Shown in pieces: positions 28,595 through 40,013 of a stretch of 64,000 nucleotides of DNA. The DNA is from Octopus sinensis (taxonomy: Eukaryota), in NCBI RefSeq assembly GCF_006345805.1, contig NC_043012.1, positions 806,001 to 870,000 on the forward strand, written 5' to 3'. A program made the position numbers and the translations under genes. How positions within the stretch are numbered: position 1 is the first letter of the stretch; the number at the start of each line of letters is the position of its first letter. The notes under the pieces were generated by a model, which worked only from the letters and a program-made list of their open reading frames with translations, was not told the DNA's origin and ran no database searches.

Positions 28595-28718
28595 GATGGT
28601 GTCGGCTCTTCTGGTGACGTCGATGATCGCCTGGGGCTAAATGCATCAGTAACACCCCCACCACCCCGCCCTGTCCCTAGCCACATTCAGATGGCTGATC
28701 CCCCTTATGGTATATATA

Positions 28719-28757
<39 letters not shown>

Positions 28758-28845
28758 GCAGTAAACTCATAAATGTGAAACAAGGTGGTAAAAAGAGTAC
28801 TCAAATACCAGAATATGCTTTATTTAAACACAGCAGAAATTCAAC

Positions 28846-28892
28846 AAAACCTGTTACTCAGAGTTTCACGTTCCCGTTCGTCGGACAGTTTT
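28846..28892 (-). ncRNA. Minimal type I hammerhead-ribozyme-like motif in a PLE-end-like module
   Basis: Minus strand CTGT-CCGACGA-ACG(GGAA)CGT-GAA-ACTC T GAGT-A-ACAG. Stems I, II and III all pair, GUA site. Core has a U4C deviation. Confidence 0.6.
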
Positions 28893-29596
28893 GATTTTAA
28901 CCCCTAAACAAGAAAAAAAAAGTATATGCTGAAGCTTTCTGTTGTAGTATATAACTATTAATAGTTAACATTTTTAAACGATCAACTTCTCAGCGAAGAA
29001 GCTGTTGAATATTCTTGTTATGCCATATAATATATATACAAGACTGCAGTCTTATATTTATTTGGCGCACGTTTAACCGACCGTTCATTAGCAAGCATCA
29101 CGTAAAGATCTCTTTTGAATACCAATTAGTCTAAAAACATATATACGTAACAAATCTGAAAATATATACGCACTATGAATCTAAAAACGATTATCAGAAG
29201 CAATTTTCGTAGATTAGAATTATTTAGGATGTTTTAATCCCTTTACAAATACATCTTAGTCATATTCCCCTCCCTAACCCTAGTTTGTCCTTTCACCCCA
29301 TACCTCATTCTTGTACTATTGTTTGTATCAGTATCAAATAAAGTTGTAGAGAAGTAACGAGATCGGTGAAATGGTTTCCCATCTCCGAAATTTTCTGGCC
29401 TTGTGCCTACGTTACGAACGATTTCTATTATCATCTAAGGGACTTAAAGCTGTTTTGCATATAATGTTCTTTCAGTATTGCTCACGCACACACACACACA
29501 CACATAAACACACACATTAGGAAGTTAGAAGTTATGGCCGGCCGGTCATAGAGTGACCATTGGTTTCACACGCATACAGCGCCTAGCAGTACAGGC

Positions 29597-29834
29597 TGTT
29601 ATATAATCATCACAACAAACATGAACAATCAACGTCGCCCATTGTCTCCCTTGATAAAAGGACTTTCACTTTGTTTCCCGCCAAAACAATTAACTTGTAC
29701 AACAACGGCAGTCGAATAAAGTATCTTGTATCGTTAACACGTTGTTTCAGTCTCTCTCATTTTCTTAATCTTTCATACTAAGTACTCACTACTTCCTTTA
29801 ATACTCAATACAATATATATATATAACAACAACA
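29597..29834 (+). repeat. 5' LTR
   Basis: TGTTATATAATC...ATAACAACAACA, matches 32461-32698 except AAGTATCTTG vs AAGTATTTTG. Confidence 0.95.
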
Positions 29835-29845
29835 TGGTGTCAGAA
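29835..29845 (+). promoter_or_regulatory. Primer binding site, probably tRNA-Leu
   Basis: TGGTGTCAGAA immediately after the 5' LTR, complementary to the ...TTCTGACACCA 3' end of tRNA-Leu(CAA). Confidence 0.8.
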
Positions 29846-29912
29846 TACTAAAAGAACCCAAAATACAGAAACCAAAGGAAAAAAGAAGTTGAAATCATAC
29901 TTCAAAGACGAA

Positions 29913-30783
29913 ATGGAAAATTTACCGCATCAAAAGACCTAGACTTTAATCAGGAAAATCTAGCCGCAGCATGGAAAAAGTGGAAAAAAGATTCAATCTC
30001 TTTTTGATAGCAACAGAAAGTGACATGAAGCCAGACAAAGTAAAAACTTCAATGTTTTTAACTTGCATCGGTTCTAAAGGCCGAGATATCCATTCCACAC
30101 TGGATTTCGATTCACCCGACGAAGAAATGAACCTTCAGACAGTAATCGAAAAATTCGATGCATATTGTGAACCCAGGAAAAACATAACTTTCCTAAGACA
30201 CAAATTCTTCAAGTGGACAAGCGGAACATCAAAAATTCGATGAGTACGTAGTAGAGTTGCGCCAAAAGGCACAACAGTGCGAATTCGGCAACCTCACAGA
30301 CAGTCTCACCAAAGATATTCTGATATGTGGAATCAGAGACATGAGATTAAGAGAAAGATTATTGAGAGAACCAAATTTAGACCTACAAAAAAAATTCAAG
30401 CAGGTCAGAGTGCAGAGCAAACACGACTCCAATCAAGGATGCTAAATGCCACATCCGAAACAAGATAACGAAATCTCGAGGTATATAGTCAACACGACAG
30501 AAAAGGCGCCAAAACTCAAATAACAGCCCATATGCAATCCAGACATCAAAACGAACAAGGCGGAAGTGACAGAAAGCCCGCGAAGTTTCAAGCGCCAAGT
30601 CAACACTACGTCACTAACTGTCACTATTGTGGTTATAATCACAAAAGAAATAAATGCCCAGCATTTCACAAGACATGTGAAAAATGCAAGAAACAAGGAC
30701 ACTATGCAAAAATGTGCAAATCAAGAAAATTTGTACATAAAGTAGAGATACATACCGACGATGAATCAGATGACGATACTTGA
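29913..30783 (+). pseudogene. gag: gag (frameshifted) with Mag-type double zinc knuckle
   Basis: Joined frames give ...LAAAWKKWK.RFNLFLIA...CEPRKNITFLRHKFF...CEFGNL...RERLLRE, then CHYCGYNHKRNKCPAFHKTCEKCKKQGHYAKMC. Several 1-nt shifts and an in-frame TAA at 30466-30468. Confidence 0.88.
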
Positions 30784-32167
30784 GCAGAAACACAACGAAA
30801 GATGGCTACCTGTTTCGTTTGCATCTCGTGCAACAACTCAAGCGGAACAAAACTACTGTCCGATAGAGAGCGAAGCTCTCAGTATAGTTTTCGCATGCAA
30901 GAAATTTCATCAGTTTATATACGGAACTCATTTCAGAATCGAAAATGACCATAAACCGTTGAAGCAAATATTCAAAAAATCGATCACTAAATGCCCCCCC
31001 AGAATCCAAAGATTTCTACTAAATTACAAAGATATGATTTTGACCTAAACCACATACCTGGTAAAGAATCAATTGTTGCAGATACCCTATCACGTGCATA
31101 CCTTGAGCAAAATACTCCAGAAGTACCAGACGAAGATATGAAATCGCACATTCATGCAGTAAGAAAAATACCCCATAACCGACACTAAATTAAAAGAGTA
31201 TAAAGAAGCCACTGCAGACGACCCGTCTCTACAGACACTCGTCACATATACAAGAACAGAATGGCCCCCAAAAGACAAAATACCAATAACATCAAACCAT
31301 TCGTATCCGTTCGTGATGAAATATCAATCGTCAATGGTCTCGTTCTAAAAGGTTCAAGAATAATTGTACCTAAGTCATTACGTAGAGAAGCTCTACAGGA
31401 AATACATACCGGACACACATGGTATCGAAAAATGCATAGAGAGAGCGAAGGAATGTATATACTGGCCCGGCATTAACGCTCAAATCAAAGACATGATTAA
31501 CACATGCTCATACTGCATTGACTACAAAAATCAACAGCAGAGCGAACCACTAATAAATCATGAAATACCTACTACACACATGGGACCAAAGTCGGTACAG
31601 ACGTATTTCACCTGTCTGGAAATTCGTATGTCACATTATTGACTATACAACAAGATTTTTTGATCTACACGAAATAAATGATTGCCAGTCAAAAACCGTA
31701 ATCAAAAATTTAAAGAAACTTTTGCTAAATTCGGAATTCCGCAAACAGTTGTAAGTGACAACGGTCCAGAATTCAATTCGGCTGAATTCAAAAAATTTGC
31801 AAAAAATTGGCATTTTCATCACACGAAGACAAGCCCGCATTATCATCAAGCGAATGGCATGGATGAGAGAAATATACAGACAATAAAAAAGACGCTAAAA
31901 AAGGCATTCAAAAGTGACGAAGAACCTCAGTTAGCGCTCTTAGCATTACGCACGACTAAATTACAAAATGGTGCACCATCCCCTGCAAATCAAATAATGA
32001 ATAGAACATTGCGAACAAATCTCCCAAACATACTACACTACACACAAAATTGTATCAGGCCTCACGAAAAGAAGAAATCAAACATTACAACAGAACTCCC
32101 AGAGTTAAACCACACGACACGGTTAGAATTAAGTTTAACAACAATTGGTTTAGAAGGGGCAAAATAA
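30779..32167 (+). pseudogene. pol: pol remnant: C-terminal RNase H plus integrase
   Basis: RNase H: WLPVSFASRATTQAEQNY...FHQFIYG...DHKPL...PPRIQR, then PGK...VADTLSR. Integrase HHCC: HTGH...IYWPGI...CSYC. DDE core: VGTDVF / SDNGPEF / NGMDER. Multiple frameshifts. Confidence 0.9.
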
Positions 32168-32442
32168 TTAAAAAAAACTAGAGCAACCTCGTTCATACTT
32201 AGTAATAACAGAGGAAGGAATACAGTCAAACGAAATAGACAACATATTCTTAAACAAACGAACACACGTTCGCATAACAGAAGAATTAGATTATGAAAAT
32301 ATATTTCCAAAGTCAACAAACACGCATGAAAAAACAAAAACAGCACAACTACAGAATTCAACACTACAAAATAATAAAACCACAAAAGTGGACGACGAAT
32401 AATTTTCCCTGTAGATACAGATGAATATAAAAAAAAAAAATT

Positions 32443-32460
32443 AAAAAAAAAAAAGGAAGA
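32443..32460 (+). promoter_or_regulatory. Polypurine tract
   Basis: A-run followed by GGAAGA directly 5' of the 3' LTR. Confidence 0.8.
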
Positions 32461-32698
32461 TGTTATATAATCATCACAACAAACATGAACAATCAACGTC
32501 GCCCATTGTCTCCCTTGATAAAAGGACTTTCACTTTGTTTCCCGCCAAAACAATTAACTTGTACAACAACGGCAGTCGAATAAAGTATTTTGTATCGTTA
32601 ACACGTTGTTTCAGTCTCTCTCATTTTCTTAATCTTTCATACTAAGTACTCACTACTTCCTTTAATACTCAATACAATATATATATATAACAACAACA
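32461..32698 (+). repeat. 3' LTR
   Basis: 237/238 identical to the 5' LTR and followed by TSD CAGGC. Confidence 0.95.
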
Positions 32699-32839
32699 CA
32701 GGCAACTCGTCATTCTCAAATTTCTGAAGGCGCATAATCTCTCTAAAAACACGAGGAGTAGGAAGATTAGTAACATGCATAGCATTCATGTATATATAAA
32801 TAAATGTCTGTATGTATGTATTTGTGGCATGTATGTAAG

Positions 32840-32897
<58 letters not shown>

Positions 32898-32999
32898 ACG
32901 ACGTCTACACATTTCTCACCTTGAACTTTCAACCTTGAACTTGTTCGCATAAACTGTCCCGTTTGTTGTATTTTTTATTTCTCTTATATTTGTTTTCTT

Positions 33000-33202
33000 A
33001 TTACCCACAGGGGCTAAACATAGAGGGACAAACGATTAGTCGATTACAACGACCCCAGTGCGTACTGGTACTTAATTTATCGACCCCGAACGGATGAAAG
33101 GCAAAGTCGACTCGGCGGAATTTGAACTCAGAACGCAGCGGCGGACGAAATACCGCAAAGCATTTCGCCCGCGTGCTAACGATCTGCCAGCTCGCCGCCT
33201 TA
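33000..33202 (-). mobile_element. SINE family B monomer
   Basis: Single unit with many 1-nt homopolymer losses relative to other copies. Confidence 0.85.
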
Positions 33203-33281
33203 TTTTCTCTTATATTGATTCGTTAGCTACTGCACGCATTTTTTTCTCTCCGTCTTCTGTGTTTTTTTTTCTCTCTGTGTA

Positions 33282-33319
33282 TCTTTCTGTTGAAGAGCGT
33301 AGGCTCGAAACGTTAAAGA
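33282..33319 (+). ncRNA. Minimal hammerhead-like motif (family P1, CUGUUGA core)
   Basis: TCTTT-CTGTTGA-A-GAGC(GTAG)GCTC-GAAAC-GTT-AAAGA. Related copies at 6959-6991 (+) and 34288-34324 (-). Confidence 0.45.
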
Positions 33320-33747
33320 CTTGTTTTATTTATATTTCCTGAGCGCCATACTAATACAATTGTTCGTTTGTTTTCCACCTGCCTTCGTCTTTTGTCTATT
33401 TTCATAAAGCTTCCCGTTATATATATACATATATATATATATAGAGAGAGAGAAATACAATAAGAGGCTTCCAAATAGGAAAGCCTTGTGCTAGAAAGAG
33501 CAGTAGAAAACTCAAAACCACCAAATAAGGATAAATTCTCGAAAGGAATGAAAATTAAAAACGTTTACCATCTCCATTATTTCCCAGACCATGGTTTCTA
33601 ACTATTTCCAGCAAAAATATTTGCTGAAGGCCAGTTTCATCAGTGGGGCAGCCTTTCGATTTCAAATACACGCACAGCCAGATCCACATGTAAAATTAAC
33701 TGCCTGTAGATCCTTCAGTGTGTGTGTGTGTGTGCGCGTGCGTGTGG

Positions 33748-34183
33748 ACTCTTTTACTCTATTTTTACTCTTTTACTTGTTTCAGTCATGAGGCTGTGGC
33801 CATGCTGGAGCGCCGCCTTTAGTCGAGCAAATCAACCCCAGAATTTATTCTTTGTAAGCCTAGTACCTATTCTATCGGTCTCTTTTGCCATACCCCTAAG
33901 TTACGAGGACGAAAACACACAAGCATCGGTTGTCAAGCGATGTTGGGAGGGGGGACAAACACAGACACACAAACATATACACACAAATACATATATATAT
34001 ATATATATATACATATAAACGACGGGCTTCTTTCAGTTTCCGTCTACCAAATCCACTCACAAGGCTTTGGTCGGCCCGAGGCTATAGTAGAAGACACTTG
34101 GCCAAGGTGCCATGCAGTGGGACTGAACCCGGAACCATGCGGTTGTTAAGCAAGCTACTTACTACACAGCCACTCCTACGCCT
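33748..34183 (-). mobile_element. SINE family A, young copy
   Basis: Full length with CpGs retained. Confidence 0.9.
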
Positions 34184-35748
34184 GTGTGTATAAATGGTTC
34201 ACAATGATACAAAATGCAGAAAACAAAAGACCGAGACAAATGAGTGGACAAGGTATTTTAGTTAGACGCTCAGGAAAAATAAAAGAGTCTCCGACGTTTC
34301 GAGCCTACTCTTCTACAGAAAAGAAATAAAGTGAGACGGCAGATGGAGAGAAGAAAAAAACATACCGAGAGAGAAAGAAATTTGCCTGGATTAACGTTTG
34401 CACATGATATAAACTCTAATCCCTAGTATTTGAAATTCGCTATACATAATCTTTTCGTTACTGCTTGAAGCTCTCAAAGTTTTCCAAGATAAAACCTACT
34501 TTTAATGCTTCATTAATTTTCTTTTATAGAAATTTCGACGATCTCTCTACAAACTGAAGCTCATAAAAATCAGCGAGAATAAATTACTATAATCTATATA
34601 TATTTACCTTCGAAGCTAGATTTAACTGTTTACTGTTCACTCTCGTAAATCGTAGTTTTTTGTAAAAGAAACTTGCACATGTTAAGTTCAAATAAAAACA
34701 ACTTTATTTAGCTTACAACATTCTGAAACACTCTTATAATAAAATTTTTATTTTATTTTATTTTCTTCGCGAATTTTTCTCATACTTTCTACCATTCTGT
34801 ATCCGTTTTCAGTTCTACCAATTAGTTTCAACGAAAATAATTTCGACTTATTCCTTCATCAGTCGTGTTCTAAGAATATATTCTTGTCTATTTCCTCACA
34901 TAACAGCTCCACCCCTCTTCATCCTCACCCTTCTTCATCCTCACCTTCTTCCTCTCCTCTTTCTTCACCTTTCTTCTCCTTTCTTTCTCTCTGTCTCTCT
35001 TTCTCTCCCTATCTCTTTCATCCTTTGATATTCTTGAATCACCAAGTGCTTTTTATCTGATCAAAACTTTAAAATTTAACCAGCTTTTACAACAAAATAA
35101 AGCTCTTACACTCACTCTTCTTCTCAGTTTCTAACCCTAACCAATTTCTTAAACCTTTACACCATTTCCTTCCTCTCCTAACCGTCCATCTTTTCCCCTC
35201 GTGAAACTGTCATCACTAGCACCACTAGCCTCACCGCTTTATCTCATTTTGATAAGACAAACATTACAAAAATAGTGATGATTTATATTTTCTAACTTAA
35301 CGAAAGTACTGATTATTTATGCGATATTTTCTTATTTCACTACCAAGAATTTTCCATCTTCATTATCAGGAAATGTAACTAGCAGGCATTTTGGATGTAC
35401 TCAGCCTTAGGTTCGGCATTGAATACCTATTTTTGTTTGTGTTTTTGCTATAGTTAAAAACTTCTCAATTATAAATTTATTATTACGAGTTTGACAAGGT
35501 CACTGTGACCGAAACTGTATGATAGAGAGTTGCAATATGTATGTATGTTGTATGTATGTATGTATGTATGTATGTATGTATGTATGCATGTATGTATGTA
35601 TGTATGTATATGTATGTATGTATGTATGTATGTATGCATGTATGTATGTATGTACGCATGTATGTATATATGCTTGTTTGTATGTATGTATGTTTGTTTG
35701 TACGTATGTATGTTTGTATGTATGTATGTATGTATGTATGTAGTATCC

Positions 35749-35782
<34 letters not shown>

Positions 35783-35783
35783 A

Positions 35784-35815
<32 letters not shown>

Positions 35816-35945
35816 CTTCTCTATCTCTCCCTCTCTCTCTATACATACATACATACATACACACATACATACATACATGCACACAAATATTTGGTGAGAG
35901 CGGGTTAGATAAATAGCCACACACCACACACACACACATATATAT

Positions 35946-35986
<41 letters not shown>

Positions 35987-36483
35987 AAGAGAGATACAGT
36001 GACAGAGAGAGAGAAAGAAAGAGATCGATGGATAGATATCTTGGTTGATAGATAGATAAATAGATACAGAAATATCCAGCTATTCAGCATTTGACTGTCT
36101 TATATTTACACACAGAAATGCATACACACATACGCTCACACACGTACACACACACACATACACACGCGCAAACACATACACTCACACACAAACGCACACA
36201 CACACGCACACACACACACACACTCATACACACACGCGTACAAACACCGCACATCCGCAGACGCACTTATATTTCAATAATTTCCCTGATCACGGAACTG
36301 ATTCCCATGTCAGGTTTAGACTCTTGACTTTAATGGATGATATTAAGATGGGAATTTTCTCCGAGGGAGACTGGCGCCATTATTAGATAGCAACTTGATG
36401 ACATACCTCACAGGGATGGTTAATGTCTCTATCAGTGCAAATATGGACACACACACACTCTGGCACGCACACACATTTATATA

Positions 36484-36566
<83 letters not shown>

Positions 36567-36681
36567 ATATAGACATATGACATTAAAAATAAAAATGGCG
36601 AATTATATATCCTCAAAAACAGTTTATTACAGTATTATATATAACACATTCATTTTAAATCCCTGTTCGACACGTGTTTCT

Positions 36682-37102
36682 TATTACTTTATTGCCCACA
36701 TGGGGCTACACACAGAGGGGACAAACAAGGACAGACAAACGGATTAAGTCGATTACATCGACCCCAGAGCGTAACTGGTACTTAATTTATCGACTCCGAA
36801 ATGATGAAAAGCAAAGTCGACCTCGGTGGTATTTGAACTCAGAACGTAACGGCAGACGAAATACCTATTTCTTTACTACCCACAAGGGGCTAAACACAGA
36901 GGGGACAAACAAGGACAGTCAAACGGATTAAGTCGATTATATCGACCCCAGTGCATAACTGGTACTTATTTAATCGACCCCGAAAGGATGAAAGGCAAAG
37001 TCGACCTCGGCGGAATTTGAACTCAGAACGTAAGCGGTAGACGAAATACCGCTAAGCATTTCGCCCGGCATGCTAACGTTTCTGCCAGCTCACCGCCTTA
37101 TC
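36682..37102 (-). mobile_element. SINE family B dimer with 14-bp TSD
   Basis: TSD CGACACGTGTTTCT (36668-36681, 37103-37116) encloses both units. Confidence 0.9.
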
Positions 37103-37372
37103 CGACACGTGTTTCTACTGCATAGATATCCTAAGATGTGACATCTAGTTGCGTGCTGTTGGTTCAATTAAATAATTTTATCCAGAGTATACGTATGCAT
37201 GCAGCTTTATTCAAAAACTCTAAACGTTAACGCCTTGAATAATGCTGCATCAATACATATATTCTAGGCGAATTTGTAATGCAATTGGACAAACAGAATG
37301 CAACTCGGTGATACATCTTAGGATATCTATGCAGTAGAAACACGCCTCGTACAGTGATTTAAAATGAATGTA

Positions 37373-37764
37373 TTACTCTTTTACTCTTTTACTTGTTTCA
37401 ATCATTTGACTGCGGCCATGCTGGAGCACCGCCTTTAATCGAGCAACTCGACCCCGGGACTTATTCTTTGTAAGCCCAGTACTTATTCTATCAGTCTCTT
37501 TTGCCGAACCGCTAAGTGACGGGGACATAAACACACCAGCATCGGTTGTCAAGCAATGCTAGAGGGACAAACACAGACACACAAACATACACGCACACAC
37601 ATAAAATACATATATATGACGGGCTTCTTTCAGTTTCCGTATACCAAATCCACTCACAAGGCTATAGTAGAAGACACTTGCCCAAGGTGCCACGCAGTGG
37701 GACTGAACCCGGAACCATATGGTTGGTAAACAAGCTACTTACCACACAGCCACTCCTGCGCCTA
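37373..37764 (-). mobile_element. SINE family A nested in the foldback right arm
   Basis: Full length, with TGTATT on both sides. Confidence 0.88.
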
Positions 37765-38061
37765 TATTGTATTGTATATAATACTGTAACAAATAGGCTT
37801 TTGAGCATGTATAATTCACCATTCTTATTTTTGATGACTTGAAAATATACTCTGTATGCGGGAGAAAATCCAAAGAATTGAACTCGGGATTTATCCATAG
37901 TGTGTAATTCCGTGTAATTGTTTACCTTAAACAATTACGCGTTGATCCATGTCATTCGAAATGGTTAGCCAGAACATGTATTATACAAGTGTACTTGTAG
38001 GGTACTTACCCGGATTCAAAATCCCTATTCTTTTACATTAATTTGATGGGTTACTCTATAC

Positions 38062-38280
38062 CAGTGGTTTTCAACCAGCGTTCCGCGGAACCTTAGGGTT
38101 CCACCAGTACAGTCCAGGGGTTCCGCAAGAAGTTACAAAACTGCTAAAATCGGCAGTAATTTTTAATTCTCCTGTGCAGATATGTGTGCATAAGACTATT
38201 AAATTATTGCACAGGGATTCCTCGAGCCAGTGGAATGTTTCCTTGGGGTTCCACTCCAGCGAAAAGTTTGAAAAGCACTG
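38062..38280. mobile_element. hAT-type MITE (219 bp)
   Basis: TIRs CAGTGGTTTTCAAC / TTTGAAAAGCACTG and perfect 8-bp TSD CTCTATAC (38054-38061, 38281-38288). Confidence 0.9.
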
Positions 38281-38301
38281 CTCTATACCTTTGTGGAGTA
38301 G

Positions 38302-38630
38302 AAATTTAATATTCTAAAAACAAGAATACGACGATGGTTTACCTGGCGGAAACTTCGAAGCCACTATCAATAATATTCTTCTACTATTCAATTTTAAGTC
38401 CATTATGCTATGTGGTTTGTGCCTGATGATTGTGCGAAGATGTTACACATGTTATAATTTGGCATGTTTTCAGCACAAGAAACTACTTGTAGCCGATAAA
38501 AACATGTTTTGTGTCAATTAAGTAATATCTCACCAGCTGGAGTATTGTTTTTGGTTGATCTTACCATCACGAAACAGCGCATTACACACACACACACCAC
38601 ACACGCACACACACACACACACACATGCAC

Positions 38631-38661
<31 letters not shown>

Positions 38662-38786
38662 ACACGTACACACACACACGTACACACATAATTCTTATAG
38701 AAGAATATTAAGGAAAGGAAAGTGACGTCGAAATTTCGGTCAGGTAAACCATCGACGTATTCTTGTTTTTTTTAGAATAATAAACT
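38302..38786. repeat. ~85-bp degenerate inverted repeat flanking ~315 bp
   Basis: CAAGAATACGACGATGGTTTACCTG (38321) vs CAGGTAAACCATCGACGTATTCTTG (38741). Confidence 0.75.
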
Positions 38787-38879
38787 TGTATTCCGCAAAA
38801 GCATAGTGTTATCCATCAAATTAATGTAAAGGCGTTTTATAATAACTGAATATAAAACAAACATTAATATAATATATAG

Positions 38880-38919
<40 letters not shown>

Positions 38920-39778
38920 GCGTGTGTGAGTGTGTGTGCTGTGTGCGTGTGTTTGTGCGTGTGTGTACGTATAAGTGTGTCGTTGCAAAATCTGGTATTG
39001 TTAGTCTAAATATGTTCATGTCTATGTTATCATGCGTGTGAATGTGTGTTAACGTGCATATGGTGTGCGTGTTTGTGTGTGTGTATGTGCGAGTGTTACG
39101 TGTGTTTGTGTGTGTGTGTGCATGTGTGGGTGTGCGTGTGTGTATTTAAGCGAGTCCTTGCGAAATCTCATATAATACGTCTTAATATTTTCAATGTACA
39201 AGTGTTATCATATGCGTGTGTATGTGAGTGTATATAAGCGTATATATATGTGTGTGTGTCTATGTTTACATGTGCATGTATGTATATATATCTCTGTGTG
39301 TGTGTATGTGTGTGAGTGTGTGTGTGCACATATGTGCGTGTGTATATATGTGTATGTGTGTGTGTTGTGTGTATGATTTGTAATTATGTAATCAATCAGA
39401 ACTGACATCCGAAACAGATGGATATTTAATCCAGATTATTTGATCTTTTGTATGCTTGTTGTGTAAGGACAAAGAATCAGTGCCCTCGCTAATTAGCTGC
39501 TTAAATGACCTCGGTCGCCAATCTCAATGGTTTCCTTCACACACCCTCCCCCTTGTCACCTCAAAATCTATGGCAGTGTTAGCGATGTCGTCATCGTCAT
39601 CGCTGTTTAGCCCCAGGTCAGCCTTGATTCAGCTTACTAATGATCAAAGACTTTCAAGTCGTCTGTATAACATCTTTTCTTCAGGGATATCTTCAGAACA
39701 TCTATGGTTCATTGTCTCCTTCCTTGTTTTAAGAATGCTCGGACAAGATTGGTGAACAAACTTGGTACCTTGGTAACA

Positions 39779-40013
39779 AAGGCGGCGAGCTGGCAGAAAC
39801 GTCAGCACGCCGGGCGAAATGCTTAGCAGTATTTCGTCTGCCGTTACGTTCTGAGTTCATATTCCGCCGAGGTCGACTTTGCCTTTCATCCTTTCGGGGT
39901 CGATTAAATAAGTACCAGTTACGCTCTGGAGTCGATGTAATCGACTTAATCCATTTGTCTGTCCTTGTTTGCCCCCTCTGTGTGTAGCCCCTCGTTGGCA
40001 GTAAAGAAATAAG
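39779..40013 (+). mobile_element. SINE family B monomer
   Basis: AAGGCGGCGAGCTGGCAGAA head through GTAAAGAAATA tail. Confidence 0.88.

Larger units (their letters stand above)
29597..32698 (+). mobile_element. Ty3/Gypsy (Mag-like) LTR retrotransposon, internally deleted (no PR/RT)
   Basis: Two 238-bp LTRs (TGTT...AACA) with 1 mismatch. 5-bp TSD CAGGC at 29592-29596 and 32699-32703. PBS and PPT present. gag, RNase H and integrase remnants inside. Confidence 0.95.
36579..37836. mobile_element. Foldback/MITE-like element with ~160-bp imperfect TIRs, each arm interrupted by a SINE
   Basis: After removing SINEs 36682-37102 and 37373-37764, the left and right arms are reverse complements (e.g. 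GTGTTTCTACTGCATAGATATCCTAAGATGT / ACATCTTAGGATATCTATGCAGTAGAAACAC). Confidence 0.75.

Noticed and set aside
32062-32496. 144-aa hydrophobic minus-strand ORF (possible env or antisense gene)
   Set aside because: Antisense of the A-rich decayed integrase tail; the F/L/V bias is compositional.
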